In this document: positions 14,940-29,842 of the stretch, in pieces | How positions within the stretch are numbered: position 1 is the stretch's first letter | Layout of the letters: each line of letters starts with the position of its first letter | Origin: the human T2T-CHM13v2.0 reference genome, Homo sapiens | NCBI RefSeq assembly: GCF_009914755.1 | Contig: NC_060932.1 | DNA length: 64,000 bases | Direction: 5' to 3' (one strand) | The notes under the pieces: model-generated | Told to the model about the DNA's origin: nothing | Database searches by the model: none | Seen by the model: only the letters and a program-made list of their open reading frames with translations | Made by a program: the position numbers and the translations under genes

Positions 14940-15094
14940 GAAGCCTTGAAAATCTAGGAAGCACAGAAAGTAGGAAGAAAGTAGGAATCATGTAATTGAT
15001 GCCTTCCCCATACAAATGGGTTTAGATATTTAGAGGAATAGTATCTTGGAGACACAAAGATTTTCCCCAAACTTGCCATTTGTTGATGCAAGGC

Positions 15095-15455
15095 TGTATT
15101 AGTACGTTTTCACACTGCTGATAAAGACATACCTGAGACTGGGTAATTTATAAAGAAAAAGAGGTTTAATGGATTCGCAGTTCCACGTGTCTGGGGAGGC
15201 CTCACAATCATGGCAGAAGGCGAAAGGCACTTCTTACATGGTGGCAGACAAGAGAGAATGAGAGCCAAGTGAAAAGGGTTTCTCCTTATAAAACTATCAG
15301 ATCTTATGAGACTTACTCACTACCAGGAGAACAGTATAGGGGAAACCGACCCCATGATTAAATCATCTCCCACCGGTATCTCCCACAACGCATAGGAATT
15401 ATGGGAGCTACAATTCAAGATGAGATTTGGGTGGGGACACAGCCAAACAATATCA
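15095..15455 (-). mobile_element. THE1B-type MaLR solo LTR
   Basis: tgtattagt...ctgataaagacatacctgagactggg...gatgagatttgggtggggacacagccaaacaatatca; 5-bp TSD aaggc on both sides. Confidence 0.92.
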
Positions 15456-16261
15456 AAGGCTTTGGTAAGTTGTCTTAGTGGCATCTCTTTGATTTTGGCT
15501 AAGAAACAAATGCATAGAGTCAAAGCACAGGTTACAGGGACTCTAGCAGTCCCTACTTGAGGTTGCTATGTTTCATTTGCCCTGTGCAGGTTTTAAAATC
15601 CTGAATTATCATTGTCTCTACCACTCTATGTGAAGGACTCAAGGACACTTTTAGTTCTTACAATTACACTGTAATGTTTGAAGTGTGGTTCACTTTGTTA
15701 CAGTGGATATGGAGCAGATGGAGAGATAAAAGATATGCAAACATACAGAGAAACATGTATTTACTTATGAACAATAGTAATTTGAAATTAACATTGTTCA
15801 CTTACCCAAGACTTACTCTTCAAATCTTTAAGCACTACTCTATTCTACATGACAGCCCAGTGAAACGAGGCTTGAGTTCACAAACATGGAATTATTACCT
15901 AATATTTTAATATTTTTTGAATGCTTAATAAATTTACAGGTACCATGGGGAATTCTCTAAATAAGTAGCAGGATATAGGTGTTTAATTTTTTTCTCCCCA
16001 TCTTTTTTTTGATTGCATTAAAATAATATGACTTCTTCACCTCACTATCTAGTTGGATTTGAAGATTAAGCCAAAGGAAATTTATTTTCCTTCATTTACA
16101 TCCTCAATTTTTAAAAGCCACTAATCACTATCATTAAAGGATATAAGAAGAGAAAAGGGTTTGCTTAGATATTAGAAAAGAGAAGAGGTTTTCTGAAGAG
16201 ACAGAAGATAGTACATTTCTTTGGCAGAAGAAAATATTTTCTCACATATACCTAGAGAAGG

Positions 16262-16853
16262 AAACAGAGCTACCATTTGACCCAGCAATCCTCATCCCTG
16301 GATATGTAGCCAAAGGAAAATAAATTATTTTACTAAAAAGACACATGCACTCATCTGTTCATCACAGCACTATTTGCTATGCCCAATAGCAAAGACATAG
16401 AATTAACTCAGGTGCCCATCAATGATAGATTGACTAAAGAAAATGTGATATGTATATGCCATTGAATACTATACAGCCATAAAAGAGAATGAAATCATGT
16501 TCTTGGCTGCAACATGGATGCAGTTGAAGGCCATAATCCTAAGTGAATTAATGCAGGAGGAACAGAAAACCAAATAACTTTTGTTCTCACTTATAAGTGG
16601 GAACTAAACAATGAACTCACATGGACATGAACATGGGAACAACAGTACACATGGACACTGTGGACTGCTAAAAGGGAGAAGGAGGGAGGGGGGCATGGCT
16701 TGTAAAACTACCTACTGGGTACTATGCTCACTACTTGGGTGATGGGACCTATACCCCAAACCTCAGCATCACACAGTATTCCCATGTAATAAACTTGCAC
16801 ATGTACCACCTGTATCTGAAATAAACCCTGAAATTAAAAAGAAATAAAAAAAG
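16262..16853 (+). mobile_element. L1PA15/16-type 3' end with A-rich tail
   Basis: gagctaccatttgacccagcaatc, ttctcacttataagtggga, aaacttgcacatgtacc, tail. Confidence 0.88.
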
Positions 16854-17609
16854 AAGACTTGAGGATAAGAAGAAATAAAAAGGACAGATAAAAAAGATGA
16901 TTTTCAGAAAGAGCATATTCTCTAATAGCTGATCTCAGGAAAGTTTCCCAGGAAGGAAAGGCTGGTGTCTGGGAAGAGCCAAACGTGAGGACTTGCAAAT
17001 GATCAATGTAGAGTCATTGTTGGGTTTCCTGGCTCCACACAGGAACTGAGACATTGCAAACTGCCCCACCTTCAGTTGAGCACACACTTTGCATGGACTG
17101 CATCCACCTAGAATCTGTCCTAGCAGTTCCTCCTGTCAGTGTCTTTAAGGACCTCACTTCTTCATCCTTCAGGGTCCTATGGGGTTTTTGCCCAGTAGGA
17201 AACATACCTGACCTTGCCCGAAGACTTGCTTTGCTCCTGTTTGAGTATTTATTCTTGCCCTCCCTGACTCTGCCTGGTGCAAATCCCCATGACATTTGTA
17301 AGTAAAAAATGTTAGGATTCAAACCTGTGCTCCCTAGCTATATCTCTCTACTTGGGACACTTAAATAGAATCACCTTGAGACTTTCTCTGGTGGGATCAA
17401 TGTTAAATATCACAATTGTATTACCTCATTTAATATTAATAACTTAAAAAGGGTAAGTTTGGTTGTTAGTAGCTATATACCCATTTGGTAAGCACATTTT
17501 ATATAAAAAGGAAGCTTTCAGACGTCGCACAGCTTGCAGACAATGAAGCCACAGGAGGTATCCTGTTTGTTCCACTCCAAAGCCAAATTCTTCATCCCAT
17601 CTCTTCCAA

Positions 17610-17895
17610 CCCCTTCCTTTCTCTCCCGTCCCTTCCCTTCCCTCCCCTCACCTCCCTTCACTTTTCTGTTTTCTTTTTTAATCGCCCCTCCCCCATCTCC
17701 CCTTCAGTTTTCTTTCCTTTCCTTTTCTATTTTCCTTCCTTTCTTCTCTCCCATTTCTTTCTTCTTTTTTCTTTCCCTTTTCTCTTTACTTTCCCTTTTT
17801 TCTTTCTTTCTTTCCTTTCCTTTTTCTTTTCTTTCCTTACTTTTTTTCTTTCATTTCCTATCCTTTTCTTTGCCTCTTTTCCTTTTTATTTTTTG
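17610..17895. repeat. Polypyrimidine/polypurine low-complexity tract
   Basis: About 280 bp almost entirely C/T on the + strand. Confidence 0.95.
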
Positions 17896-20189
17896 CCACT
17901 CTCTTCCTGCTTCTACAAGCGAAGTAACTTAGTATGTAGTATCTTAACATTTTAACAAAGGCCCTTTCCATTGCATTGTTGTCTGAGTTGTCTGAGTTGT
18001 CTCAGGTGGCTAATGATAGGAATGACCCCATTTCAAGAAGTAATTCAACCCTTATATCCGTGAATTGGCCTTCTTTCTAGAAAAGAATATAAACATCTTA
18101 AATATTTAATACGTATGATTCCATACAAGAGTCATGTAATGCATTTCTGGGAGTATGATTTATTCATAACAGGCCAGCCTGTTTAAGACTGGGTGCCTAC
18201 TGTAAACAGCTGCTGAAGGAAGAGATGGGGGAGGTGAGACAGAAAGAACTCACAGGCTTACAGATTCAAAAGAATGAGAAAGGTCTTAAATGGCCGATTT
18301 GCCTCCGTCTTATATGGACTTTATAACTCTCCATCCTGACAATTAGAGACCTAATCTAATTTAACCAAATTTAAATGTTCCTTATTAAAATGTTTTATGT
18401 CATTTATTTAGACTCTATTTCAGTCCTTTTGAAGTCAAGTTTGGATGTATAGTTTATAAAAAGCATGGAACTCAATATATTTTGAGATTTTGTTATTACA
18501 GTTATATATAATCATAATATATGGCTAAGAGTATTTTTTATGCATGTCTGATGTCTGTCTTTCAATTACGTATGAGTTGAGCAATATTGAAAACAAGAGA
18601 GCCATCAATACCCAAATATTCATTTAAATATGTGTATCTTAGCTCAGTGGAAATACACCAGTAAGAGATAAATTGAAAATGGTGTTTCCTCAAAAGATTG
18701 TTAGCATTGCAAGTGAAGGCTTTATTTACTGTTGCCTATATGGTTTTTGAACTTGAATGTTAAATATGGTATGTAACTAGATTAAAATAGAGCTGGATCC
18801 AATAGCATGTATGTGAATTTGAGGGAACTTACCCCACAAATGACATGTTTTTGGTCTAAAGCAGTGAAGGGGAGCTCTAGATCTTAGTAAACAGTTGAAG
18901 TATGTCCTTGTAAGTGATCGTGCGGGTGATCAAATGAAGTCTCACAATTTATCAATGAACAAAGTACTTAGTCTTGCTTTTCATGTATGTCATAATTCAC
19001 ATTTATAGGTTGCATCTAGAATATTTATTTTTCTATTCAATATTTTCTTGTTAATTACTGTTGATTTCCTTTTAAGTCAGCAGAAGATAAAAAAATCTAT
19101 TTTTTGACTTGTAAACTTGTTCATCTAATACTTTATTTACATGAATTATTTCTGATATATTCTATAGGAATAGTTGATAATATTAGCAATAACTCACATT
19201 CCTACAGAAAAAAAATTTGGTTTTTCTTGTCAATGAAAAATTCAGGGTTTTGTTTCTCAATGTAAAACTGTCACTATTTCTGAAGTAGTAGAGTTTTGCT
19301 GAAGAAATTGCTTCTTAATCAAGAAGGTGCAATCTGGACCCTCCTTGAAGCAATAGAAAAGGACAAGTAAAACATAATTGAATAGAATAGCAAGAGCAAC
19401 ACATTTACAAAGGATTTTATCCACAAGTCAGATTAAATCATAATCAGCTCCACTGTTTAAATGGGACCATGGTTTTATGCAAACTTGGAAATTACTCAGG
19501 AAAGGATAAATAGAATGGAGGTTCCTCTTATCTGACCCACTGACAGTTTTCATGTTTATTCTTACATTCTTTATACTTGCACGATCTAACACATTTATTC
19601 TTCCCACTGGAGTCACTCTGATATATATTATACATTAATATGCACATTTGAATGAGGTGTCAGGTTCCAGGTTATAATAAAAGCTACTTGTAAAGGATTT
19701 TCTCCTGATTTCAAATCTTTAAAACAGCCACAACAGATTAAATTATTTTTAAGGAAGATAAGTTGTGCTTTATTACTTCTTCTTAAATGTTCAAAAATTG
19801 CTTTATTAGTTATTCTATAGTATATTCCTAGTGAATACGTTCATATTAGACCAAGAGGAATGAAACACGTCACTGAGAAGGCCCTCTAATGAGCCATATA
19901 GAACTGAAATAACTACATATGCATTCCACAAATGGACAATTAATTGAAAAAAGAACCAAAGTGTGAAGATATAATCCTATAGGGTGGAACTTAAAATGGT
20001 GATATATTTTAAGGCTTTAGAACTTTCAATTCACTTGTGTGGAAGAAAAGGTGAATGTGAAACATAATTTGTTTTTTCCTCTATCTAAGGTAAAGCATTT
20101 CCATTAAACTGCTGTGGTAACTTAACATTGAGAAAGCAATAATTTTTGAAAACTTTGTCAATTTAGCAAGAATTCTTCTCTTGATTTAA

Positions 20190-20502
<313 letters not shown>

Positions 20503-20669
20503 TTTTTTGCTTATTTAAGTACATGTATTCATCACACTGGTGGCTCTTTTCTTGGGTTGCTGGTACTGCAGGGACTGATTAAGATGGAAAGTCCCTACTT
20601 TAGGATAAACAAGTACATCTCAATACTGCTGTGCCCACAAACAAACGTGGTGAGAACTGGGGCCCTCTT

Positions 20670-20802
20670 TGGAGGAACATATACTTTATCTCCTGCACTG
20701 GAATCTTTTTGAGAGTAAAAGGGGGAGCTTTTAATAATTACAACTGGGCCACAGGCATAAACCTGGTCTGTTCTTGACACACTGGGATATATGGTCATCC
20801 AA
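20670..20802. mobile_element. hAT-Blackjack MITE (MER94-like)
   Basis: ttttgagagtaaaagggggagcttttaataattac...caggcataaacc...gggatatatggtcatcc. Confidence 0.65.
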
Positions 20803-21744
20803 CTTATTTCAAAGCAGCAGATCATTCGCTGTCTCATGTTGAACCTCCGTCCACATTGATTGATCTGTTATTTTCTTGTACCTTACTTGCCTGAATCCCA
20901 TCTTCCTTTGTTCTATTATATATCTACTCTTAGCTTAGGTTAGCACTTTTCTGACTCCAGTTCCCTCACTTTGTCTTTCTTTTTCTCTATGTGTATAAAT
21001 TTATCATGTCATTTTAAAGAAGTGATTAACAAGCTGTTCTGTGGAGAGGTGTGATGTGAGGGCTGGTAAAAGAAGGACTGGAGGCAAAACGTGGGTTTTC
21101 AAGCTCTGCCTTTGCTTCAACTACGGCAGCTCTGTTTTATTTATTTTATTTATTTGTATTTTTCCCAAGAAGCTTTTATCTTAGAACAGATTAGTTGGCT
21201 AAAATGTGTTCCAAATTTACTACATATTATCTTTAATAAGTCCATGAATTTGCTTCAGATGATTCATGAAACTGCTGAAATTTTGTGTGATAATTTGTTT
21301 CTTCATGTAGTTATATTTTTCTGAGGAGAAGATACACACACACATTTTTTATTTATTTAAAAAGTTTGTAAGTCATAATGAATTAATCACCGTCAGTCAA
21401 TGGTTATATGTGACAGCTTGAATTTTCAAAAACAGATCTGATTTAGAAATGACATACAAGAACTTTGAGACTGTTTATAGCTGATAAATCATCCCCTAAG
21501 TTTCTATTGAAGCACTGAAAAAAGGATACTGAAATGAGGCAATAACTCATTATTGTTGGGGGAAAAAAGAGAAAAGAATGTTATTTGAATCCACATTTGG
21601 TTAGAGCCATTCCTGCCTTATTTGTGAGTTAGCATATTTGATACATGGGGAATTAAATATCTTTCTGCTCGATAGCTTTCTCTGAAGCTTGGCTAAATAG
21701 AAAAGTCATTGAATCAAACCAAGTTTAAACAGAAAACTTCTCCG

Positions 21745-22181
21745 TTTTCTTCAGTTGCGTAGCAAACATTTCCAAGACTCAGTGCCATAAAAATGATATT
21801 TATTATTTCTCATGATGCTGTAGGTTATTGCATGTTTTCTTTCTTCATGTCTTGCCATCTGGGGGTCACTCAGGTGCCTGTGTAAGGCCAGGAGCTTGGC
21901 CAGGGCACCTTGGTTCTCCATGTGGCATCTTGTCCTTCTGGGTCTTTCCACATACACTTTATCTGCAGGAAAAGAGCCTACAATTCTTTACAATACGGAG
22001 CCTGGCTTCCAAGGGAATAACCTCCAAATGCTTACCAATCCTCTGCTGACTTCATATCTGGTCATCCATGGCCAAGGCAAGCCCTCTGTCCAAGCCTAGA
22101 ATTTATATGGGAGAGAACTACCCAAGGCATGAATGTGGGGAGACATGATTCAGTAGGAGCTACCAGTGTAATGTCCAGCAC
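21745..22181 (-). mobile_element. MLT1 (MLT1G/H-like) MaLR LTR
   Basis: caaacatttccaagactcagtg..atttattatttctcatg; ggccaaggcaag...caaggcatgaat..gggagacatgattca. Confidence 0.7.
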
Positions 22182-22849
22182 AGAAAGGAACTTGATAAAG
22201 TTGTTTGCACCAAGCAGGCTGGTATTTTATGGTTCTATTCAAAATATCTTCTGAAATGTCCAGAAAATCAAAATTAAGAAGAACATAGGCATAAATACTA
22301 AGGTAAAGGCAGAATTGAGTTACTTGAGAAACGTACATATAAGTGATAGATTAATATGAAAAATTGCTTTTATAAAAAATCTATCAAAATAGACAAAGCT
22401 TCATAATTAAAAATCAATTAAAATAGAGAAAACATGTACACAAAATAAGGAACAAAAGTGGGTCTTAGGGCTAGAAATAATTATGGTTAATTCTAGGCTT
22501 ACTAATATGTACTTCTTAATTCTATTATGGGATTTGTAACCAAATATTATAAATAAACTAATTTGAAGTAAAAACACTGAAACGGATGGTGCAAAATTTT
22601 CATTATTTGTAGATAATGTGATTCTTTGTCCAGGTAAGTATAAATAACTCAAAGTGATTAGAATTAACAAGACATTGAATATTTATAAAATATATATGAA
22701 AAAAATAAAGAGCTATATTATTTATCAGCAATCATTCTTTATACAACAGTTTTCATTCACATTAGCAGCAAAATTTTAAACTATCCAGGAATAAAGTAAC
22801 ACATTGCCAGTTAATGGAAAGCTGTCAAAAACATTTTCTTGATGATCAG

Positions 22850-23229
22850 TGTATTAGTCTGTTCTCACACTGCTATAAAGATACTACCTGAGAATGGATA
22901 ATTTATGAAGAAAAGAGGTTGAATTGACTCACAGATTCACATGGCTGGGGAGGCCTCAGGAAACTTACAATCATGGCGGAAGCTGAAGGAGAAGCAAGGC
23001 ACATCTTTCATGGCAGCAGGAGAGAGAGAGAGACAGAGAGAGAGGGAGAGCGAAGGGGGAAGTACCACTTTTATACCATCAGATCTCATGGGAACTCACT
23101 CACTATCATGAGAACAACATGGGGGAACCGCCCACATGACTGAATCACTGCCCACCAGGTCGCTCTCTGGACACGTGGGGATTGCAATTTGACATGAGAT
23201 TTGGGTGAGGACACAGCCAAACCATATTA
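22850..23229 (-). mobile_element. THE1D-type MaLR solo LTR
   Basis: tgtattagtctgttctcacactgctataaag...ggcctcaggaaacttacaatcatggcgg...gacacagccaaaccatatta; TSD atcag/atcaa. Confidence 0.9.
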
Positions 23230-23558
23230 ATCAAGGACTAAAAAAATGAGCAAGAAGTGTTTAGGAGGTATATAAATAAAGCTAACACAGATAATTTGAG
23301 ACATAACAAAAGGCTTGATTAAATAACACATAGGATTCCAGGATGGGTATGAATATTGTAAATATTTCAGTTTTATTCTATTAATTAAAAAATATGCTTC
23401 AATTTTATTACATACCTCCCAAGAACTTTTTGGAACTTCAAGTCATACAGAAGTTTAATGGAAGAACAAAAAAAAAGGTGAATGATATACATTTCTTTTT
23501 TATAAAAGAAGAGAAAGGCATGGGGGCACCACCAGCACTTAATATTAAAATAGTGCCA

Positions 23559-23890
<332 letters not shown>

Positions 23891-24169
23891 CTATCACCAA
23901 ATCCCAACAGTCAAATTAATGGGACTATATAAAAATGTCAGAAACAGGCTTCATTGCCATCAGAATTTGGTATATGATAAAGTTTCAAACCAGTAGTAAA
24001 ATCACGGTTTAAATAGGAACGCTGCAAACATTATTACCTGATAATAAACTAGATCTTTATGTTAAATCATAACTTACAATAAGCCAAAACAATGGTAACT
24101 GGTACATTTGCCTACATAAAAATGCAAAACTTTTGCATCTCAACATATCATAAATGAAAGTTTAAAAGC

Positions 24170-24310
24170 TTAAGTTTCAGTTATACAAGATTAATAAGAT
24201 TGAGAGATCTGTTATACAACATTATACCTATAGTTAACAATATTGTATTGTACACTTAAAAATAGTTGAAAGGGTATATCTCATATTAAATGTTCTTAAT
24301 ACAGTTTTTT
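24170..24310 (+). mobile_element. L1MA/MB 3' terminal fragment
   Basis: aagtttcagttatacaaga...gagatct...atagttaacaatattgtattgtacacttaaaa. Confidence 0.75.
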
Positions 24311-24592
24311 CCCCAAACATAAAAGAGTGAATATTCTTTTTAAATAAAGAGGCCATACAGGAAATAATTTTAAAAAATTAATATAAAAACATAAATAGCA
24401 AAAGTAGTTAGGAAATAAACCAATAAAATAATACAAAATAAAAAAAGAATGTGAGTTGATTATTCTCACAATTGAGTAAAGAAAATAAAAATACAAATAC
24501 ATATATTTTACATTTTGAAATGTGAAATCTTGAGGAAAAAATGATAGCCAGTGTTGGAAACAGTTAGGTAAATAAGACTTAAAAATTAAAGA

Positions 24593-24727
24593 GGGAACGG
24601 TGGCTCACACTGTAATCCCAGCTACTAAGAGGTTGATGTGGGAGAATTGCTTGAGGCTACCCCTGCACTCCAGCCAGGATGACAGAATGAGACTCTTTCT
24701 CTGAGAATAATTAATTAATTAATTAAA
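24593..24727 (+). mobile_element. Internally deleted Alu monomer with (TAAT)n tail
   Basis: ggtggctcacactgtaatcccagctact...ctgcactccagcc...gacagaatgagactct. Confidence 0.8.
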
Positions 24728-25755
24728 TGGGAAGTAAAAGTGAGGCAACATATGTGTAGAACAATCTGTGAATATATAAAAATATTTTATATGATCATTT
24801 TTTTGACCTAGTAATTTTTCTTCCAGAATTTGCCCTAAGGAAATAACCATGAGTGTGAATTAGAGAATTAATACTTTATAGCAAACATAAAACAAAATAA
24901 AAGTAACCCATAGTTACAGCCACAAGATATTATTAAAAACCTTATATCTATATGATGGAAATACTTTTAGGCATTAATGACTCATGGCAAAAGGAAATAT
25001 GTGCTTCGTAACATATAATAATACTCAGGGCACATTAATATGTGAATAAGTAGTGTATAAAATATTACGCATAGTATAATCCCAATGCAACAAATCTTCA
25101 AAGATATATACCACAATAGTAATACTAAATATTTCTTGTTTGTGGCATTATAAGTGAATTTCGTTTCTTTTTTTAGTGTGATTTTTGTGTACTTTTCCAA
25201 AATTGCTCAAGCATTTTTCTATTTTTGTAATAAGGAGAGAGCTATCCAAAGTTACTAAGTATCATACACAAAATGTGACAAAACAAGATGGATCCTTCTG
25301 CTTATGTACACTTATGTGAACTCATGGTGCCTGTGCACACCCACACCCTGCAGAGTATAGAGCTCTTTGCTTTGTAGCATCGGCTTTTGGCTTTTGCAAT
25401 ATTAATTGTGAATTAGTGAGGCTCCCAGAGCCATAGTGTCCGTGGTTCATGTTGAATATTTGGACTATTCTCCGCCCGTATTCCCCACGAGGCACCAAAG
25501 ACCCTTGTGACTCCTTGGTGAAGAGAGATTGTCCTGCCATGGTCAAATCTACAGCTATCTAAGGATTTTCTTCATGCCCAGACCCAACCCTTCTCAAATA
25601 TTCAGAATACTTCTGGCTTCCAAGATACTTATTTTGTTTCATCTTTCCATCATTTACTCCTTTAGGAATTCTCTGTTAGCGATTGATATGATTTATTATT
25701 ATATTTTATACCAGTCAAGAAAAGGGCAGTGCTATGTCTAACATTGCATGCTGAT

Positions 25756-25822
25756 CCTCCCTCCCTCCCTCCCTCCCTCCCTCCCTCCCTTCCTTCCTTC
25801 CTTCCTTCCTTCCTTCCTTCCA
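25756..25822. repeat. (CCCT)n(CCTT)n microsatellite
   Basis: Read directly from the sequence. Confidence 0.95.
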
Positions 25823-26492
25823 TCCGGTGTAACATTTGGGGTTGGCCAGAGATGAACAAACCCCTGTATGCACCTTAAATGAGCCTCAGTGGGGAATGCT
25901 TAGAATGTAAAGTAAAATTTGCCATTGAAGTATTTTGTGTTTTCAGAACTTTTATAAAATAATACTTTACACTAATTCTCACAAGGATTTAGTGAGAAAG
26001 TTGTTGAGAAGCTGAAATGTTTTGACAACTTCTAAAGAAGCATTGGCAACTTGCCTTACCATGTGACAGCCCTATTACTGTGATTACTGTGGAGCAAACC
26101 TCTTGGCATGACGATGACTTTGCAAACCCTGTCCTCAGATTGGATCTCTTTTCTCCAAATATCTGCTGGAAGTTCTTTCCAGTATACTCTGACCAGGGAT
26201 AAACTTCTTTCAATTCACTATTCACTATATATAGGAACATCTAGGAATCCCAATCCTCCACAGCTGCAAACTGTTATTTAATTCTCACTATGCTCTCGAA
26301 TGTCATCCCTCATAGAACATCTTGTTTTTCCAAGGTGGTTAGAAAATTAGACTTGGACTTTGCCCTCTTTTCTGCTGCTTCCCACCATTAATCTCTTTAC
26401 CATCTTTAATTTCTAAAGACTCCCAACTTGGGAGTTGGAATGAAAAAGGAAAAATAAGAGTTTCATTTGTATATGGGAATTTTCCCCTAGGG

Positions 26493-27068
<576 letters not shown>

Positions 27069-27729
27069 TTAGATAGCACATATACTCATGAATTAAAGAC
27101 AACCTAGTATTGGTAGACAGGATTCAAATAGAATATTCTGATTTGTTAAACTTGCCATTTAAAGTAAAATAGTGTAGTTGAGCTAATAGACAACCTGTGT
27201 CTCCTCTTCTTGAATCTCAGAAGGAAATCTAGGAGCCTTGAGAGAAAGAGAAGTATAAAAACTGGTTCTGCTGTCTGATTGGCAAACATTGGGAGAGGAC
27301 CTATATAATTTTGTACATCGGCTGAGCTAATTCAAATAGTGTTAGTCGCTCTCCTACCAGTCAAGGTGATGCCCTGAGACTCAACACAATTCCGCTGAAT
27401 CCCACCTCCAGCATCCGAATAGAGGTGTTAGAAGCTGCACTCTGGTTGAGGAAAATCAATGAACTTTGCTTTAGCTGTGCATTGCAGCCATCCTAGCATG
27501 CACTGAAGTTAGGAGTAGGAAAGTAGAGAAGGAGGCAGGCATTGATATCATTTCTATCTATAGCCTTTTGTCAATGTTTCCTATAATGTTTGCTGTTAAG
27601 GGGTGCCTAATTGCTTTATGCACGGGGACAAGAAGAGTTGACATAGGATAGAGAACAAATAGAACAATGTTAAGAGTTTTATTTTAAAAATGTGATTGTC
27701 TTTTTGACCTTCTGAGCCTTTATTCATTC

Positions 27730-28771
27730 TTGTCCTCCTAGGAATCCATGAATACACAAAGAGGCTTCAGATTCTGAAATTTAGAAGGAGAGCTTTTGCA
27801 TCTATACTTTACCTTTGCAAGCCAGGTTATTGTTTGCTGAAGGTTTACTTTATGCCTCTTTGGAGAAATCTTGCTCACCAGCCTAGATAACTGAATTTCT
27901 AAGTAGGGGAACTCTAGGGAGATAAAAGGGGAGAAGAAAAAGGGAAAACTCCCCTTTCCACTCTTGAGGGATTGTAGGAAGGAGAAACAGAAAGTGATGT
28001 GTGAAGTGATCAAATGCAGGGGTCTCAACTTCTGTTCCTCACACTTCAACTTGGAGAGATAGTGTGTCCAATAAACGAGAGTATCATGAAGTGCAGAGAG
28101 GAGTCCTCCTCATACCTCTGTTTGAGACGCCAGGAGGAAGCTAGATTTCGACCCTGCAGAATGACTCATACCAGCTGGGAACATTACCACATCCCTGATA
28201 ATATGCCTGAGAGAAAGCATTTGACAGAAAGAACCTGACAGAAAGCACTATTAGCAGTCTGGCTGTTTAGCGGCCACAGATGGATTATCTGTTCCAGGAA
28301 GGAGTAGAATCAAAGTCAGAACTTACAAGTAATCTGTAGTATCAGTGGGAAATACAGCAAGACCTTCTAGGCCTGGACTCTGAGCAGAAACATGGCTTCA
28401 ACTCAAGAAGAATGGACCAAAAGCTTACCAAGGGGAGACTTATGTACTGGAGACTGGGATTGTCAAGGAATTAGCATTCAAAAACCCTAAGTTGTTTGCC
28501 TCTGTTTCTAGTCTAGAGCATGTGAGCAGCACTACTGCTTCCACTCTAAGGAGAGAAGCCGCTGGAGAAAAGTTATCTGTGACAGAATTTTTATCTCGGA
28601 AACCAAACATATCCTGAAGGTCTCTTTTTTGGAGACTAAACTTTAGATTAGATTGGGTATTTACTTATACAAATAGTGGGGGACACAGTAGGAAGAACAG
28701 ATTAGTTACAGACAAAATAAACTCTCTCTATAAAAGTTGGTTATATAACAAACTTAGTTTTTTGGGTTACA
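27730..28771 (+). mobile_element. Possible ancient Gypsy-type LTR relic
   Basis: Ends in aataaa...tgggttaca; resembles MamGypLTR/LTR85-like elements from memory only. Confidence 0.3.
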
Positions 28772-29364
28772 GCATAAGTAAAAATTGGCAAACTGCTCTT
28801 CAGATATAAATGATTTAAGTTAGTCCTCAGATATCATTCTGCAAAATTTTCTAGTTTCTCTTTTAACTTAAAAAAATTAAATTTTGATGAAAGCTTTTTC
28901 CTTTGTTTCTCTATTATTTTGTTTACCTCCCACCCTTCCAAAGTTTTTAGCACTGAACTAAGGGAACCATGCTTCCAAAATCACAATGCTTGACTTTGTG
29001 ACATTCCATTCAAAGTACTTCACCTGTTGTGAAATAACTGAGTTCTTATCTTTTGTAAATATTAAGGCACAGGCACAGGTATTCACATCTGCATTTTTAC
29101 ATCTGGATCTAGAGTTCACTTTTTTTTTTTTTAAATATTCTTTATAGGCAAGTGGAAAGAAGTGTTACTTCCTACTCCTGTCTGAAGTTGTAAAGACTTT
29201 CTTGGTTTAAAAATCTGTTGGTAGTAACTATAATTAAAGGATACAAGAAAGACTTGTTACAGGCAATCTGCAACTGGGTTCTGTTTCTTCTTATTTTTGT
29301 GTCGAACTCTGTGTAGTTATCAGTTCTTTTGTCCTTTAGATCTTTGGTTGTTGTTCTGATGTAT

Positions 29365-29842
29365 TGACACAGATTCTGTGCTTGACCACATTTTAGTCAG
29401 GCTCCTGAACCTTATAAACCCATCTGTGCACTTACTTGTAAAATCTAGTTTTTGCAAAAAACTTGCCAAGTCATTTTAGCAAGAACCTCCCACCCTCAAT
29501 ATCTGAGCACCCCAAATATCTGGTCAGGTTCCCTCCTCTACCATCCCTCAGGTGATATCTTATCACCCTGGCCTGTTTTCAGCAAGAATTCTGTTAGGTC
29601 AGCTTAGCCAGAATCTCCCTTCTCCCTGATGTTTCCTTTTAGTAATTTTCCATTAACTTATGCCTGCCCTACTTCTTGTTTATACATTTTCACTTGCTCG
29701 TGCTGTATTTGAGGTCAAACCCAGTATCTCTCTCTGATGAAAAATCTCATTGCAGAGGTTCCTATACCTATTCCAATGGCCTTGAATAAAGTCTGCCTTA
29801 CTATACTTTGTCAAGTGTCATTGAATAATTTTTTCTTTAATA
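29365..29842 (+). mobile_element. MER31 ERV1 solo LTR
   Basis: tgacacagattct..cttgacca..ttttagtcaggctcct start, ttgaataaagtctgcctt poly(A) signal region, 4-bp TSD gtat on both sides. Confidence 0.85.

Noticed and set aside
17014-17322. Overlapping 102-aa and 83-aa ORFs in unique sequence
   Set aside because: No recognisable domain, and the splice-like signals conflict between strands
17485-17955. Longest ORF (156 aa, F/L/S/P-rich, membrane-protein-like)
   Set aside because: Artefact of a pyrimidine tract that cannot contain stop codons
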